Shown: positions 17,825-30,336, numbered from the stretch's first letter. The stretch: DNA of 64,000 nucleotides from Klebsiella pneumoniae (GCA_945865755.1 CAMBFS010000002.1:355-64354), one strand, 5' to 3'. A program made the numbers and translations. Notes: a model not told the origin generated them from the letters alone.

Positions 17825-18249
17825 TATCGGGATACCTCTCTCAAGAATTGTGGGGGCGTATATATTTTCAAGTGAGGAAAACGCAGTTCCGGGTTAGTGA
17901 AGTCGCGAACATTGTAGGTGAGCAAGACCTCGACTCCTCCAGCAACCGCGAGTTCGATCAGGTGATTATCGGCCTCATCGGAAAGGTTGGGTCGCCACAG
18001 GTAATAGACCCGAACCCAACGGCATCTGCTGAGATAGGCATGCCACAATGCCTCACGCTCCTGTTTAGTGATGAGGGACCTCGTCCATACGCCAGGTCTT
18101 GCCAAAAGTGATTCATGCTCAGAAAACAGAGCCTGCCCCATCAGAGGCTCATCCACCCCTTGTAGGCAGCGACGTAGTATGGTCCGGCTTGCCCCCTCCG
18201 AACTCAGGACTGCGGAGACAAACACATTTGTATCAATCACGAGCCGCAC
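17824..18249 (-). CDS. PIN-domain toxin (VapC-like)
   Basis: VIDTNVFVSA, E.E, DEADNHLIELA, LTYNVRDF acidic PIN residues. Confidence 0.9.
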   Translation of the reverse strand: MRLVIDTNVFVSAVLSSEGASRTILRRCLQGVDEPLMGQALFSEHESLLARPGVWTRSLITKQEREALWHAYLSRCRWVRVYYLWRPNLSDEADNHLIELAVAGGVEVLLTYNVRDFTNPELRFPHLKIYTPPQFLREVSR

Positions 18250-18391
18250 GGCTAGACGATAGCAGATGTGCTGTCAGAAATACCATCGGAGTCGGGGGCT
18301 GTTCGGAGTCGAGAAGAAATGGTGCGCGAAGCGCGTCCTACTGGTTTTTATTTTTGCCTTTTGACTTTTGCCTTTTGATTTTTCCTAAATG

Positions 18392-19930
18392 TTACTCGTA
18401 CCGCTTCCACTCCGACTCGTAGTAGCGCACCAGCACTTGATTGTCCAAGCGGTTCACGTCCACCGGGACCGGCCCTAGATCGATCGGGAAGTGAAATAAG
18501 GCCGCCATCGTGTCGTTGTTGAGAAACCGTAGCCCGTCAGGCGCGTGCCGTGGTGGGTCGAACGGTGAGAGCCGCGCCAACGCGAACCCCCACACCCCGA
18601 AGGACGGTACCGCTACTTGATAGGGTTTCACCGTGAACCCCGCCGCCTCGATCGTGCGCACGATGCACCAGTACGCCGTGCGCGCGAATAACGGTGAAGT
18701 GCACTGCACGCTGAATACCGCCTCTGGCGTCAGCCGTTGCTTGAGCAACCGGTAAAACCGCGTGGTGTACAGTTTGCCCACCGCGAACGAGTGCGGGTCG
18801 GGAAAGTCAATCATCGCCGCGTCAAACACTTCGCTGCTCTCTTCGAGCCAGATCATCGCGTCTTGGTTCACCACACGGACGCGCGGGTCGGAAAAACTCT
18901 GGTGATTCAACGTGGCCAGCGGAGGAAACGCGTGGGCCAATTGCGTCATGCCGGGATCCAGATCGACGAGGGTCACCTGCTCCACCGCCGGATGACGCAG
19001 CACCTCACGTAGCGCGAGTCCATCACCACCTCCCAGAATCAATACACGGCGTGGCGCGTTGGCGAGGACCATCGCCGGGTGCACCAAGGTCTCGTGATAC
19101 CGGTACTCGTCGGTGGAACTGAACTGTAAGTGACCATTGAGGAACAGTTGGAAGCCTGCCTTGTTGTTGGTGACGACGATGCGTTGATACGGCGTCGTGC
19201 GCGAGTAGACGATCGGATCGGTGAACAGGTCTTCTTCCGCCAAAGACGTGAGCAGGTCGGCGTTGATAATGCCAATTACTAAGAGTGCCATGACGACCAC
19301 CGCGCGCGCACGGAGCAGGAAGACTCCCCCCTTGAGCATCGGCTGCAAGAACCATGTCGCCCAGAGTCCCACACCCGCGTTGAACAGTCCAAAAATAAGC
19401 GAGGTACGCACCAGTCCCAGTCGCGGCACGAAAAACAGCGGGAACAACAGCGCGGCGACCAGTGAGCCGATATAGTCAAACGTCAGTACCCGTGACACTA
19501 AGTCCTTGAAGGCGAGTTGATCCTTGAGAATGCGCATGAGCAGCGGGAGTTCGAGCCCAACCAGCACGCCAATGACAAAGACGATCCCGTACAGCACGAC
19601 GGAAAAATAACTGAGGCGCGCGAAACTCAGAAACAGGAGCGGAGCCGACGCGCCACCCAGCAGCGCGACTCCCAATTCGATTTCAATAAAGCGGCGCGCG
19701 AGGCCGGACTCGATGAATTGTGACAGCCAGGCTCCGGCTCCCAACGCGAACAGATAAATGCCGATAATCAGCGAGAACTGCGTGACGCTATCGCCCAACA
19801 CGTAACTCGCCAGCGTGCCCGCGAGCAACTCGTAGATGAGCCCGCATGTGGCGATAATCAGAACGTTGAGGAACAGCAGCGGCGCCCGCACCCGAGCGGA
19901 GGACGTGGGTGGAGGCGCGGAATTATCCAT
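18392..19930 (-). CDS. Membrane-anchored polyamine aminopropyltransferase (spermidine synthase-like)
   Basis: About 7 N-terminal TM helices, then ILGGGDG, VDLDP and DFPDP SAM-type motifs; start moved to ATG 19930. Confidence 0.92.
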   Translation of the reverse strand: MDNSAPPPTSSARVRAPLLFLNVLIIATCGLIYELLAGTLASYVLGDSVTQFSLIIGIYLFALGAGAWLSQFIESGLARRFIEIELGVALLGGASAPLLFLSFARLSYFSVVLYGIVFVIGVLVGLELPLLMRILKDQLAFKDLVSRVLTFDYIGSLVAALLFPLFFVPRLGLVRTSLIFGLFNAGVGLWATWFLQPMLKGGVFLLRARAVVVMALLVIGIINADLLTSLAEEDLFTDPIVYSRTTPYQRIVVTNNKAGFQLFLNGHLQFSSTDEYRYHETLVHPAMVLANAPRRVLILGGGDGLALREVLRHPAVEQVTLVDLDPGMTQLAHAFPPLATLNHQSFSDPRVRVVNQDAMIWLEESSEVFDAAMIDFPDPHSFAVGKLYTTRFYRLLKQRLTPEAVFSVQCTSPLFARTAYWCIVRTIEAAGFTVKPYQVAVPSFGVWGFALARLSPFDPPRHAPDGLRFLNNDTMAALFHFPIDLGPVPVDVNRLDNQVLVRYYESEWKRYE

Positions 19931-20138
19931 GAATCGCGGCGGCAATAATGATCGCCATGCCGATAATGACCGAGGCAATGACAATGCTGAGCGCGACGTT
20001 CTGGTCCTCTTCAAGTTCTTTTCGTACCGAGAACGGGGCCAGGTTGACGATGAGCCAAAAGGCCAGGGCAAAGAAGGCGAGCCCTAATAACGAAAAGACC
20101 AGGCTGGATGCCAGTTGTTCGAGCAGATGCGTGACCAT
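19923..20138 (-). CDS. DUF350 small membrane protein
   Basis: 71 aa, two TM helices flanking [13 protein letters not shown]; GAGGAGG SD; TAATG coupling. Confidence 0.85.
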   Translation of the reverse strand: MVTHLLEQLASSLVFSLLGLAFFALAFWLIVNLAPFSVRKELEEDQNVALSIVIASVIIGMAIIIAAAIHG

Positions 20139-20320
20139 TACTTTCCTCCTCGGTAGCCTGCATATCCTGAGTGAAACGAACGGTAGCCGCCGGGCGACTG
20201 CCGCGCATCGGCGGGGATTTTTTCGCGCGCGGGGCTGCCAAACTCCGTGCCGGTCCACGCGACCCACCCGTAATAGAGCAACATGGTGATTCCAGAAATG
20301 AGGTAGAAGCGGCTGAACAC
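20138..20320 (-). CDS. 60-aa single-TM protein with Gly/Tyr-rich tail ending GGK
   Basis: Translationally coupled to the DUF350 gene; one hydrophobic segment; ...SPGGYRSFHSGYAGYRGGK. Confidence 0.75.
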   Translation of the reverse strand: MFSRFYLISGITMLLYYGWVAWTGTEFGSPAREKIPADARQSPGGYRSFHSGYAGYRGGK

Positions 20321-20338
20321 AGGGGATCCTTTGTGTGG

Positions 20339-22291
20339 TTAATCGTCCGAATCGCTCGAGTCGTCCGTATCGGCGGTGTTGTAGGGGCTGTACTCGCTGT
20401 CTTCCCAACGTTTTTGCTTGAAACTCGCGTAATGAAAAGCCATGAGCAGCGGGAGCAGCGAGAGCAGGATGAGGGTCCAGACGAAATGCCGGAGACGGGG
20501 CACTCCCTGCTCGACCGTGACCGACAGCGTCAGGGGTTGCTGCCAATGCTCGCGATGGATGTCGAGCCCCAGTACGTAGGTGCCCGCCGGGAGCGCGGAG
20601 AGATAGGCCCTGCCCCGCTGTCCGCCCTCAGTCCACTGCTCGCCGTCTTCGACCCCGTGGTAATACTCAATCGGCAGCGTGAAGCCCACGCTCTCGTCCG
20701 TGGCCTGATTGATGATGTCGCCGTCGATTGCCACCCAGGTGTTCGCGATGGGCGCATCGGCGGTGATGCGGATGTTCTCACGCGCGCGCACCGCGAAGGG
20801 TTCACTGAAGTAGACCGCTGAGTCTTCGGCGATTTTGGCGGGCTCTAGTTGGTAGGTCTGGCTCATCACTCGACGTGATGACGCGCTGATGAACAGCAGG
20901 AGCCCTAGCGCCAACCCCGCGACCAGGAGCCACCCCCAATACTCGAAGAGTTGAGCGTGTGGGTACGGCTGGTTCGGCGCGACTTTTTGCGGCTTGGGAA
21001 TGTCCGTAAGCGCGAAGATGCGCGCGACCTCGGCTGGGGGGATGTAGGTGCCCAATGACCAGTTGATCTCACTGGCGCTCATTTCTTTCGACAACATGAG
21101 CGGCGGGCGCACATAATCCACCGCCCGGACGGTCTCTCCGACCTCCACCTTCCAATAACATTCGCCCAAGACGTGTTCGACGCGGGCGCTGGCATCTTGA
21201 TAGAGCTTGAACGTTTGTTTGCGGAATCGGGCCGTGCGCTCCGTGCTCTCGATCATACCGACCGGCACCGATTCGACGAAGTTCCAATGATGATCGCTGT
21301 GCACGAGCCAGCGAAACCCCAGCAACGGCTGGTACAACAGATATTCGTCCCAGTGATACGGCAGTCCTTCAAAGGTTACGCTCCGGCGTAGGAAGCCAAT
21401 GGTGGTGAATTGCTGCCCGTTGAAGGTCCCCACGGCACCAAGCGGAATGAGTGGCGTGACCTTGAGGGTCAGGGCGGTCAGATATTTGAGTTGCCCATGA
21501 TTCACATCAAGGAGTGAGCCGCAGTTGGGACAGGTGACCCGCTCGGTTTTGTCGGGAGCCCGGAGCGCCAAGGGGCCACCGCAGTGTGGACATGCGAGCT
21601 GAACAGCCGCGACTTGTTTCGGCGTGGACGCGGAGCCCTGGCCGAGGTGCGCCAAGCCCAACTCGCTCAACGTGACTTCATGGCCAAGGAACAGCAGGGG
21701 CGGCTCCTGATTGTAGTCGAGCGTGCCAAAGGTGCCGTGCGGCCCGGAGAGGTCCGCGTAGACATGCGTCTCTCCTGGAATCAGTTTGTAGGGAATCTCA
21801 CCTTCGGCGCTCGCGGTTTGGGCGATGCCCTTCTCCGCGACCCGGTAGAGGACCAAGGACGGAACGTCGGGCACCTGCTCACCAAGCACAAGTGCATCCG
21901 CCGGTGCCAGCGATTCTCGTGAGAGCAGGTCTCGTTGAAAGGTGAGAGAGAAACGACCTTGGGCTTCCGCGAGCCAGCCCCAGCGGTCATTGGGAAACGC
22001 GGCGTACCATTCATCCCAGACGCCACCGGCTTGATGGGCGAATTGCGCACGGCCAGTAAGAGTGAACGGCTGGCTTTTGTAACTGCCCGTGAGTCCGACG
22101 CGAAGGGGCGAAGCCGTGCCGACCAAGGCGGCGACTTTGCCATAGTCTTCAGGATGGCGGTCGCCACGCCCCACCACGGAGCGGCAAAACTCGCATACCA
22201 CGACCAGCGCGGAACTGATGGTGAACGTGAGCGCTGCCCCGCAGGATGGGCAAGAGACCTGGACTGAACTCACCGATCTCTCACTTTCCAT
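20339..22291 (-). CDS. DUF4178 domain membrane protein with two zinc-ribbon motifs
   Basis: CPSCG...CEFC and CPHCG...CPNCG; WDEWY...GWLAE and WDEYLL...GFRWL repeats; two TM segments; acidic tail. Start 22291 or GTG 22273. Confidence 0.85.
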   Translation of the reverse strand: MESERSVSSVQVSCPSCGAALTFTISSALVVVCEFCRSVVGRGDRHPEDYGKVAALVGTASPLRVGLTGSYKSQPFTLTGRAQFAHQAGGVWDEWYAAFPNDRWGWLAEAQGRFSLTFQRDLLSRESLAPADALVLGEQVPDVPSLVLYRVAEKGIAQTASAEGEIPYKLIPGETHVYADLSGPHGTFGTLDYNQEPPLLFLGHEVTLSELGLAHLGQGSASTPKQVAAVQLACPHCGGPLALRAPDKTERVTCPNCGSLLDVNHGQLKYLTALTLKVTPLIPLGAVGTFNGQQFTTIGFLRRSVTFEGLPYHWDEYLLYQPLLGFRWLVHSDHHWNFVESVPVGMIESTERTARFRKQTFKLYQDASARVEHVLGECYWKVEVGETVRAVDYVRPPLMLSKEMSASEINWSLGTYIPPAEVARIFALTDIPKPQKVAPNQPYPHAQLFEYWGWLLVAGLALGLLLFISASSRRVMSQTYQLEPAKIAEDSAVYFSEPFAVRARENIRITADAPIANTWVAIDGDIINQATDESVGFTLPIEYYHGVEDGEQWTEGGQRGRAYLSALPAGTYVLGLDIHREHWQQPLTLSVTVEQGVPRLRHFVWTLILLSLLPLLMAFHYASFKQKRWEDSEYSPYNTADTDDSSDSDD

Positions 22292-22652
22292 CCTGATGAA
22301 TTGTGCGGGTGTTGTCCGCGCCGCGTGCGACCGTGCGAATGAGAACGCGGGAAGCTCCGAGCGCCACCGACAAGCGCTCTTCCCACGGCCAGACCGCGCG
22401 TGGATGACAGCAGTAGAGATTGAACGTCGCGACTCCCATTTCAGGATAGGTATGACAGGCAAGATGGGATTCCGTCAACAGAAAGAGGCCGGTCACTCCG
22501 CCCGGTGACGGGAACTGGTGCCATTGCGCGGCCCCAACCACGGTCAGGTTGAGGTCGGCGATGATATGCGCGCAGACCTCATGCAGCGTCGACGGATCGC
22601 TCAGCCGCGCGGCTGAGCAGCCGAGCGCGTCAATCACCCATTCCTCTCCCAC
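22281..22652 (-). CDS. speD: S-adenosylmethionine decarboxylase proenzyme (short type)
   Basis: GVTGLFLLTESHLACHTYPE with E-S autocleavage site; GGAGG SD 7 nt before GTG 22652. Confidence 0.85.
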   Translation of the reverse strand: MGEEWVIDALGCSAARLSDPSTLHEVCAHIIADLNLTVVGAAQWHQFPSPGGVTGLFLLTESHLACHTYPEMGVATFNLYCCHPRAVWPWEERLSVALGASRVLIRTVARGADNTRTIHQDGK

Positions 22653-22784
22653 CTGCACTCCTCCCCCCCTTTCGATTGCGGATTTGCGATTGCGGATTGC
22701 GGAGCATACGGCTCTCCGTCGCCGCTTCTCCGTTTCCTCTATTTTTGCCTTTTGCTTGAGAAGCACGCTCACAAAGCCGGACGA

Positions 22785-23630
22785 TTACTTGTGACCATCC
22801 GCGAAGATCGCTTCCAAAGAGCTGGCCTCGACAAAACGGTCGGCCCACTGCTCCACTTGTTCCGCGCTGGCCTGTTGCAATCGCTGCTGCACGAGTTCGG
22901 GCAGCTCCCCAAACCGACGCACGAGCATGCGTTGCAAGATGAGTTTCTCGCCTTGCTGCACGCCTTGCTGCACGCCTTGCTGCACGCCTTCTTCCTTCGC
23001 TTCTTGATAAAACCGGGTCTGTTTCAATTGCACGTCTTCTAACCCTAACATGAGTCTGATCTCCTCTCGGCTTAAGCGCGGTAATTTGTACACCAAAATG
23101 GTCTCGATGAAATCCAAGGTGTCCGTGCTGGTGTCGCCACACTGGCGTATCCAGTCACGCGCCAAGACGAGCGTCTCGCGCGGGTCGCTAGCGATCAAGT
23201 ACAGCAAGCCCAATCTGGGCGTCGGGTGCTCGCGGTTGGGATAATCTTCCAGATACACCCGCTGTAACTGTGGCAACGCGAGAAACGGACGAAACCCGAT
23301 GTTAGCCGGGCGTTCTATCCCGTGCGTCGGATAAATCACCAACGCCACCCAAGGGTGAGTCGGCTTGTTGATCCGTAGATACAGCGCGATCTCGCTAAAC
23401 AAGCGATCATAGAAATCCGGGTCCGGCTGGTATTGGATTTCCGCGAAAATATAGGGCTGCTCCGCATCGTCGCTCAACGGCGTGAACACGCCATCAAGAC
23501 GAAAGGAGGTCTGTTTGACTTCTTCGGCTCCAAAGCGGTAACTGTCCGCGCTATAGTTCAAGCCCAGCAAGTCCAACGCTAACCGTGGATGGTTCCGAAA
23601 CAGGCGGTAAAAGAGGCTGTCGGTCTTCAT
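22785..23630 (-). CDS. Rpn family recombination-promoting nuclease / putative transposase (DUF2887-type with DUF4351-like tail)
   Basis: MKTDSLFYRLF, EVKQTSFRLDGVF, FAEIQYQ, LKQTRFYQEAKEEG-(VQQG)x3, RRFGELP. Confidence 0.9.
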   Translation of the reverse strand: MKTDSLFYRLFRNHPRLALDLLGLNYSADSYRFGAEEVKQTSFRLDGVFTPLSDDAEQPYIFAEIQYQPDPDFYDRLFSEIALYLRINKPTHPWVALVIYPTHGIERPANIGFRPFLALPQLQRVYLEDYPNREHPTPRLGLLYLIASDPRETLVLARDWIRQCGDTSTDTLDFIETILVYKLPRLSREEIRLMLGLEDVQLKQTRFYQEAKEEGVQQGVQQGVQQGEKLILQRMLVRRFGELPELVQQRLQQASAEQVEQWADRFVEASSLEAIFADGHK

Positions 23631-23720
23631 GGGGCTTCCTCCCTCACGCTTCTCTTCCGTGTCATGGGAGCAGTCCGCGGGTTTTCCTTTCCCCGACTCT
23701 CCGATTCTCCCGTCCCCCGC

Positions 23721-25553
23721 CTACTCCTCCACATCCTTCCGCTTGGGCCGCAGATGCTGTTGCAGCACCTTCTTGCGGAGCCGAATGTTCTTCGGCGTCA
23801 CTTCCACCAGCTCTTCATCGGAAATCCACTCCAACCCGTCTTCAAGACCCATCAAACGGGGCGGGCTCAGTTGGATGTTTTCATCACGGCCCGACGCGCG
23901 CATGTTGGTCAGTTTCTTTTCCCGACACGCATTCACATCCAGGTCCCGATTGCGCGAATACTCGCCCACCACCATGCCTTCATACACAGGGGTGCTCGGC
24001 GGCAGAAAAAGGAGGCCCCGCTCTTGTAGATGAAAGAGCGCGTAGGGCACGGCGACGCCTTCACGGTCAGACACCAGCGCGCCATTCACTCGACTCTGGA
24101 TCGCACCGTGCCACGGCGCATACCCGTTGAACAGCGCGTTGATGATCCCGGTGCCACGGGTATCGGTAAGAAAGTGGGAACGGAACCCAATCAACCCACG
24201 TGACGGGACCGAGAATTCCAAACGCACGCGCCCCGAGCCGGTGTGCTCCATTTTCTTCATCACGCCTTTGCGCACCGCGAGCAGTTGCGACACCACGCCA
24301 ATGTATTCTTCCGGTACATCGACCAGCAGCAGTTCCATCGGCTCTTGCAGCTTGCCGTCAATGTGTTTGGTCACCACCGTTGGCTTCGAGACCTGCATCT
24401 CGTAGCCTTCACGGCGCATGGTCTCGATGAGAATCGCCAACTGGAGTTCTCCGCGCCCCATGACGCGAAAAGAGTCGGGCGAGTCCATGTCTTCAATTTT
24501 GAGGCTGACATTCTTGCGCGATTCCGCGCCCAACCGCTCGCGCAGTCGTCGTGAAGTCACAAATTGTCCTTCGCGCCCGGACCACGGGGACGTGTTGACA
24601 GCGAAGATCATCGAGATCGTCGGCTCATCCACCCGCATGGCCGGCAGTGCGTGTGGGTTCTCACGGTCAGAGACCGTCTCGCCGATTTGGATTTCCTCAA
24701 TGCCCGCGATGGCGACGACATCGCCGGCTTTGGCGCTCTCAACCTCAACCCGTTTGAGTCCCTGCCAAGTGTAGACCTGGGTGACTTTGCACGGCACCTG
24801 CGTGCCATCAAGACGACAGAGGCTATAGATCGTACTCGAATGGAGCACGCCGCTGACGATGCGCCCAATCGCCAGGCGTCCGACGTAATCGTTGTAATCC
24901 AGGTTATTGACCTGAAACTGGATAATGCCTTCGGGATTGTTGGCCGGGCCGGGCAGTGCGCTCACGATCGTGTCGAAGAGCGGGCGTAAATCGTCCGACT
25001 CTGCCTCAAGCGACAGTTTGGCGATCCCCGCGCGCGCGTTGGTGTAGACAACGGGAAACTCAAGCTGCGCGTCGGTGGCATCCAGATCAATGAACAGGTC
25101 GTAGACTTCGTCGAGCACCTCGGCGATGCGCGCGTCTGGGCGATCAATCTTGTTGATACAAACAATCGGTGACAAATGCGCTTCGAGCGCTTTCTTGAGC
25201 ACGAAGCGGGTTTGCGGGAGCGGGCCTTCCGAGGCATCAACCAACAGCATCACCCCATCGACCATGGCGAGCGCCCGTTCGACTTCGCCACCAAAGTCCG
25301 CATGGCCTGGGGTATCCACGAAATTGATTTTGATGCCGTGGTAGGTCAGCGAAGCATTCTTCGCCAAAATGGTAATGCCGCGTTCCCGTTCGAGGGCGAA
25401 AGAGTCCATCACACGATCAACAAGATGTTCCTTGGCGCGAAAGGTGCCACTTTGGCGTAAGAGGGCGTCGATCAGGGTCGTTTTTCCGTGGTCTACGTGG
25501 GCGATAATGGCGACGTTACGAATATCGTCGCGCCGGGGCGTGCCGTTCTGCAA
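23721..25553 (-). CDS. typA: Translational GTPase TypA/BipA
   Basis: [58 protein letters not shown]. Confidence 0.97.
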   Translation of the reverse strand: MQNGTPRRDDIRNVAIIAHVDHGKTTLIDALLRQSGTFRAKEHLVDRVMDSFALERERGITILAKNASLTYHGIKINFVDTPGHADFGGEVERALAMVDGVMLLVDASEGPLPQTRFVLKKALEAHLSPIVCINKIDRPDARIAEVLDEVYDLFIDLDATDAQLEFPVVYTNARAGIAKLSLEAESDDLRPLFDTIVSALPGPANNPEGIIQFQVNNLDYNDYVGRLAIGRIVSGVLHSSTIYSLCRLDGTQVPCKVTQVYTWQGLKRVEVESAKAGDVVAIAGIEEIQIGETVSDRENPHALPAMRVDEPTISMIFAVNTSPWSGREGQFVTSRRLRERLGAESRKNVSLKIEDMDSPDSFRVMGRGELQLAILIETMRREGYEMQVSKPTVVTKHIDGKLQEPMELLLVDVPEEYIGVVSQLLAVRKGVMKKMEHTGSGRVRLEFSVPSRGLIGFRSHFLTDTRGTGIINALFNGYAPWHGAIQSRVNGALVSDREGVAVPYALFHLQERGLLFLPPSTPVYEGMVVGEYSRNRDLDVNACREKKLTNMRASGRDENIQLSPPRLMGLEDGLEWISDEELVEVTPKNIRLRKKVLQQHLRPKRKDVEE

Positions 25554-25802
25554 AATACTCCTCCTTAGGAAGGGAAAAAGGGTCGAAGAACTCCGACCTG
25601 GTTACGGTGCTTGTAAGATTTGCTCATTGTGCCGAATTTACTGAACAAAGTCAGTAGGGGAGGGAGAGGCGTGATGAGGCTAAAGCTTTTTCACTGCGCG
25701 CCGATGCAGAGCACATAAGAGGGGCAATTGGTTGATCTCCGCTCGACCAATCGACGTCTGGTGCCATGGTCCTCCGAGAATTGACTTCGAGGGGAAAGGT
25801 GT

Positions 25803-26348
25803 ATGCGAGTACAAAAAAACAAAACGGTCGAGACCCGCGCCCGTGTCACGAAAGTAGAGCAACAAACTAAAACCCGTAAGGCCGCGACGCGCACGCAAGA
25901 ACCCAGCCGCAGAGGGAAGACTGCCCAGCACGAGCAAGACAACACGCATGCCCTCCCAAAAGAAGGCCAGCGCCCCCCCTCACATAATAAACAAGAGGGC
26001 GACCAGTCCGCTTTTACCTTTGTCCCGTGCTCTTTCATGGGGCCGGATGGCAAAATGCGCCCAGGCTGGGAGCTGCGCGTGGGAGAGATGATGTTTGGGC
26101 GGGCGGATTCACAAGAGGCACTCATGGCCTACTACACACGCTTACATGAGCCGCTGCCTAGTGGGCACTGGCGAGAACGCACCTGGGCGCAGGCGCGGAA
26201 GCGAAAACCCGCGGGGACGCTCTTCGCGGGACACCAGGAAAGTGATGAACACGAGGACCTGCTTGACCACGAAGAGCCTGAGATTATTGACCTCGACGCC
26301 GTGATCGCCGACGATGACGGGCACGAAGAAGACACGCCACCCGTGTAA
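25803..26348 (+). CDS. Hypothetical protein (basic disordered N-terminus, small folded core, acidic tail)
   Basis: 181-aa ORF filling the gap between typA and the ferritin-like gene; no recognised motif. Confidence 0.6.
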   Translation: MRVQKNKTVETRARVTKVEQQTKTRKAATRTQEPSRRGKTAQHEQDNTHALPKEGQRPPSHNKQEGDQSAFTFVPCSFMGPDGKMRPGWELRVGEMMFGRADSQEALMAYYTRLHEPLPSGHWRERTWAQARKRKPAGTLFAGHQESDEHEDLLDHEEPEIIDLDAVIADDDGHEEDTPPV

Positions 26349-26443
26349 GCATCATCGGGCATCATTAGCGCCCTCCCCTACTCGTTCTCAGTTGCCAGGC
26401 AATCGGTGACAGTGTAAGACTTCACACCTGGTAACCATACAAT

Positions 26444-27022
26444 ATGAATAAGAAAGCTTACGATATTCTCCTGTTCAGCTACTACCGTGACGCGGAGTTA
26501 CGTGGAGCGGATTTGATCCTGCGACTCATCAACCGCCCCGATACCACGGAGTTGCAAACCAACCTCGCTCGCCATCTGGCGGACGAAACGAATCATGCCT
26601 GGCTCTGGACCGAGCGCATTCACGCGCTCGGCGGCGCACCGGTGCGCATTGAGGATGGGTATCATCGCCACCTGCGCCGTAAGGCGGGCGTGCCCGCCAC
26701 CTTGCTTGAGCTCCTCGCCTTAACCTACGTCGTCGAAGAACGCTCCGGGAAGCGCTACGAAGAACACGCGGCTCGTCCAGATGTGGATGCGGATACGCTG
26801 AAAGCCCTGCACGAGATGCGCGTGGATGAAGATTGGCATCTGACCTGGGTGGGTGAGGCGCTCACGGAGTTAGGCAAGAAAGAAGGCACCGAGAAACTTT
26901 CCGCCGCGCTCGCCCGCTATCGTGCCGCTGAGACCGAGGCTTTTACCGAAATGCTCGCCAATGAGCAAAAAGCGCTACAGGAGATCGCGGCGGGAAACAG
27001 CACCGAAGAAGACCAACGATAA
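26444..27022 (+). CDS. Ferritin-like four-helix-bundle (di-iron) protein
   Basis: E..G, DETNH, VEE, DEDWH carboxylate/His pattern. Confidence 0.85.
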   Translation: MNKKAYDILLFSYYRDAELRGADLILRLINRPDTTELQTNLARHLADETNHAWLWTERIHALGGAPVRIEDGYHRHLRRKAGVPATLLELLALTYVVEERSGKRYEEHAARPDVDADTLKALHEMRVDEDWHLTWVGEALTELGKKEGTEKLSAALARYRAAETEAFTEMLANEQKALQEIAAGNSTEEDQR

Positions 27023-27077
27023 GATGCGCTTTTTCTCCGGGTGGTGAGGATGTTCACTCCACGCCTCTCGCGCGTGT

Positions 27078-28984
<1,907 letters not shown>

Positions 28985-29148
28985 TCGCTTCTGTCTGAGT
29001 AGTAGTGTTGTGAAGGTGTTCTTGTGTAGCGGGCTACAGCTTTCTACGCAACCCAAAACAGGGGAAAAATTCACAAAGACAAAGAGGAAGCCTAAAGATT
29101 CACTCCCCTATCACCGATACGCTTAACAAGAGTTCATCCGCGAAGACT

Positions 29149-29234
29149 CCTTCTCGATAACGGCAAACCTGTCGTGAGGCAGGGACGCAAAGCCACGGGT
29201 CAAATATAGAGTTTGATAGCCGGGTTACCGAAGG
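29149..29234 (+). ncRNA. c-di-GMP-I (GEMM) riboswitch
   Basis: GGCAAACC-TGTC-GTGA-GGCAG-GGACGCAAAGCC-ACGGGTC...GATAGCCGGGTTACCGAAG matches the class I consensus: GNRA loop, A47-equivalent, C92-equivalent and P1 pairing. Confidence 0.92.
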
Positions 29235-29298
29235 AAGGAAAGTTCTCTCCTGTTCTTTGGGGATAAGGGGTCTCCGCCATACGCACAGGAGCCCCCTT

Positions 29299-30336
29299 AT
29301 GTCGCTGGGATACATTCCCCGTTTTTTCTCTATTGCCCTGTTGGTCGAGTTCGTATTCATCGTGGTTGGCCTCGTGAACCCGCAGGTGACCCATGCCGGA
29401 TCATGGTCGCCTTGGACGAAGCGGTCGTCGCCGGTATGGACAGGGCAATACGGAATTGCCGCGGACCCCAGTCTGCTCGTGGATGGGAACTTCAGCCGTA
29501 TGTTCTACACCTGTCTGGACCCCATCACCGGACGCACCCTGCTCTGCCAGGCAACTTCTCAGGATGGGTTTTCCTGGCACCATGCCGCGACAGGAACAGC
29601 CACCATCCGCGGACGGACGTTGGCAGGCCGCAAGGGAAGCTGGGAAGAGAATCTTGAATCCACGTTCATGGTGAAACAAGGGACGAAGTACCTGCTGTAC
29701 TACGCTGGCTACCGTGACGTAGGCACCATCGCGAAGGGATTTCCGTCCGCCCTCGGCGTGGCGCAATCCACGGACGGCCTCTCGTTCTCCCGTGTGACCT
29801 CGTCACCAATCCTGTCTCCCACCGCGGGATGGTACGACAATGATGCGATCTACAGTCCAACGATTATTCAGGTGGGGACCTCGTTGGTGATGATTTATGT
29901 TGGGCATTGCTATACGAACTGTTCGAACGGGATGGCGGTCACCTTACTTGCGGCGACCTCGACAGACGGCATTACGTGGAAGAAACAAAGTACCCCAGTC
30001 CTCAAAGCCTCGCCAAGCATTCCATGGATGCAAGAAGGAGTCGCGGAGCCCTCCGTGATGAGAGGACTAGATGGCGCTTACTACCTCTTCTTTACTGGAC
30101 TTGATGGGGAGTCTCGTGCAATTGGTGTGGCGCGGTCATCTTCTGTCTATGGCCCGTGGCAAATAAATCCGCAGCCGATCGTGACTTCGACTCCCGGACT
30201 ATTCGACGAGGTTGCGGCAATCGCTCCATACGTTCGCATCGAATCGAACAGGGTGAGACTGTGGTATATGGGTTGGAATAGCCAAGATTCAGGGACTACA
30301 GGCTACGCGGAATCTTCCTGGCCGCTTTATCAATAA
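29299..30336 (+). CDS. Secreted five-bladed beta-propeller glycoside hydrolase-like protein (GH43/32/130 clan-like)
   Basis: Signal or TM N-terminus; repeated blades ADPS, WE...EST...YLLYYAG, YSPTI...MIYVG, AEPSV...YYLFFTG, APYV...LWYMG. Confidence 0.8.
   Translation: MSLGYIPRFFSIALLVEFVFIVVGLVNPQVTHAGSWSPWTKRSSPVWTGQYGIAADPSLLVDGNFSRMFYTCLDPITGRTLLCQATSQDGFSWHHAATGTATIRGRTLAGRKGSWEENLESTFMVKQGTKYLLYYAGYRDVGTIAKGFPSALGVAQSTDGLSFSRVTSSPILSPTAGWYDNDAIYSPTIIQVGTSLVMIYVGHCYTNCSNGMAVTLLAATSTDGITWKKQSTPVLKASPSIPWMQEGVAEPSVMRGLDGAYYLFFTGLDGESRAIGVARSSSVYGPWQINPQPIVTSTPGLFDEVAAIAPYVRIESNRVRLWYMGWNSQDSGTTGYAESSWPLYQ

Noticed and set aside
22785-23630. Rpn gene as a bounded mobile element
   Set aside because: No terminal repeats or target duplication found, so it is kept as a CDS only.
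29149-29234. Cyclic AMP-GMP (GEMM-Ib) specificity
   Set aside because: The discriminating position before G-C-AAA is G, not A.
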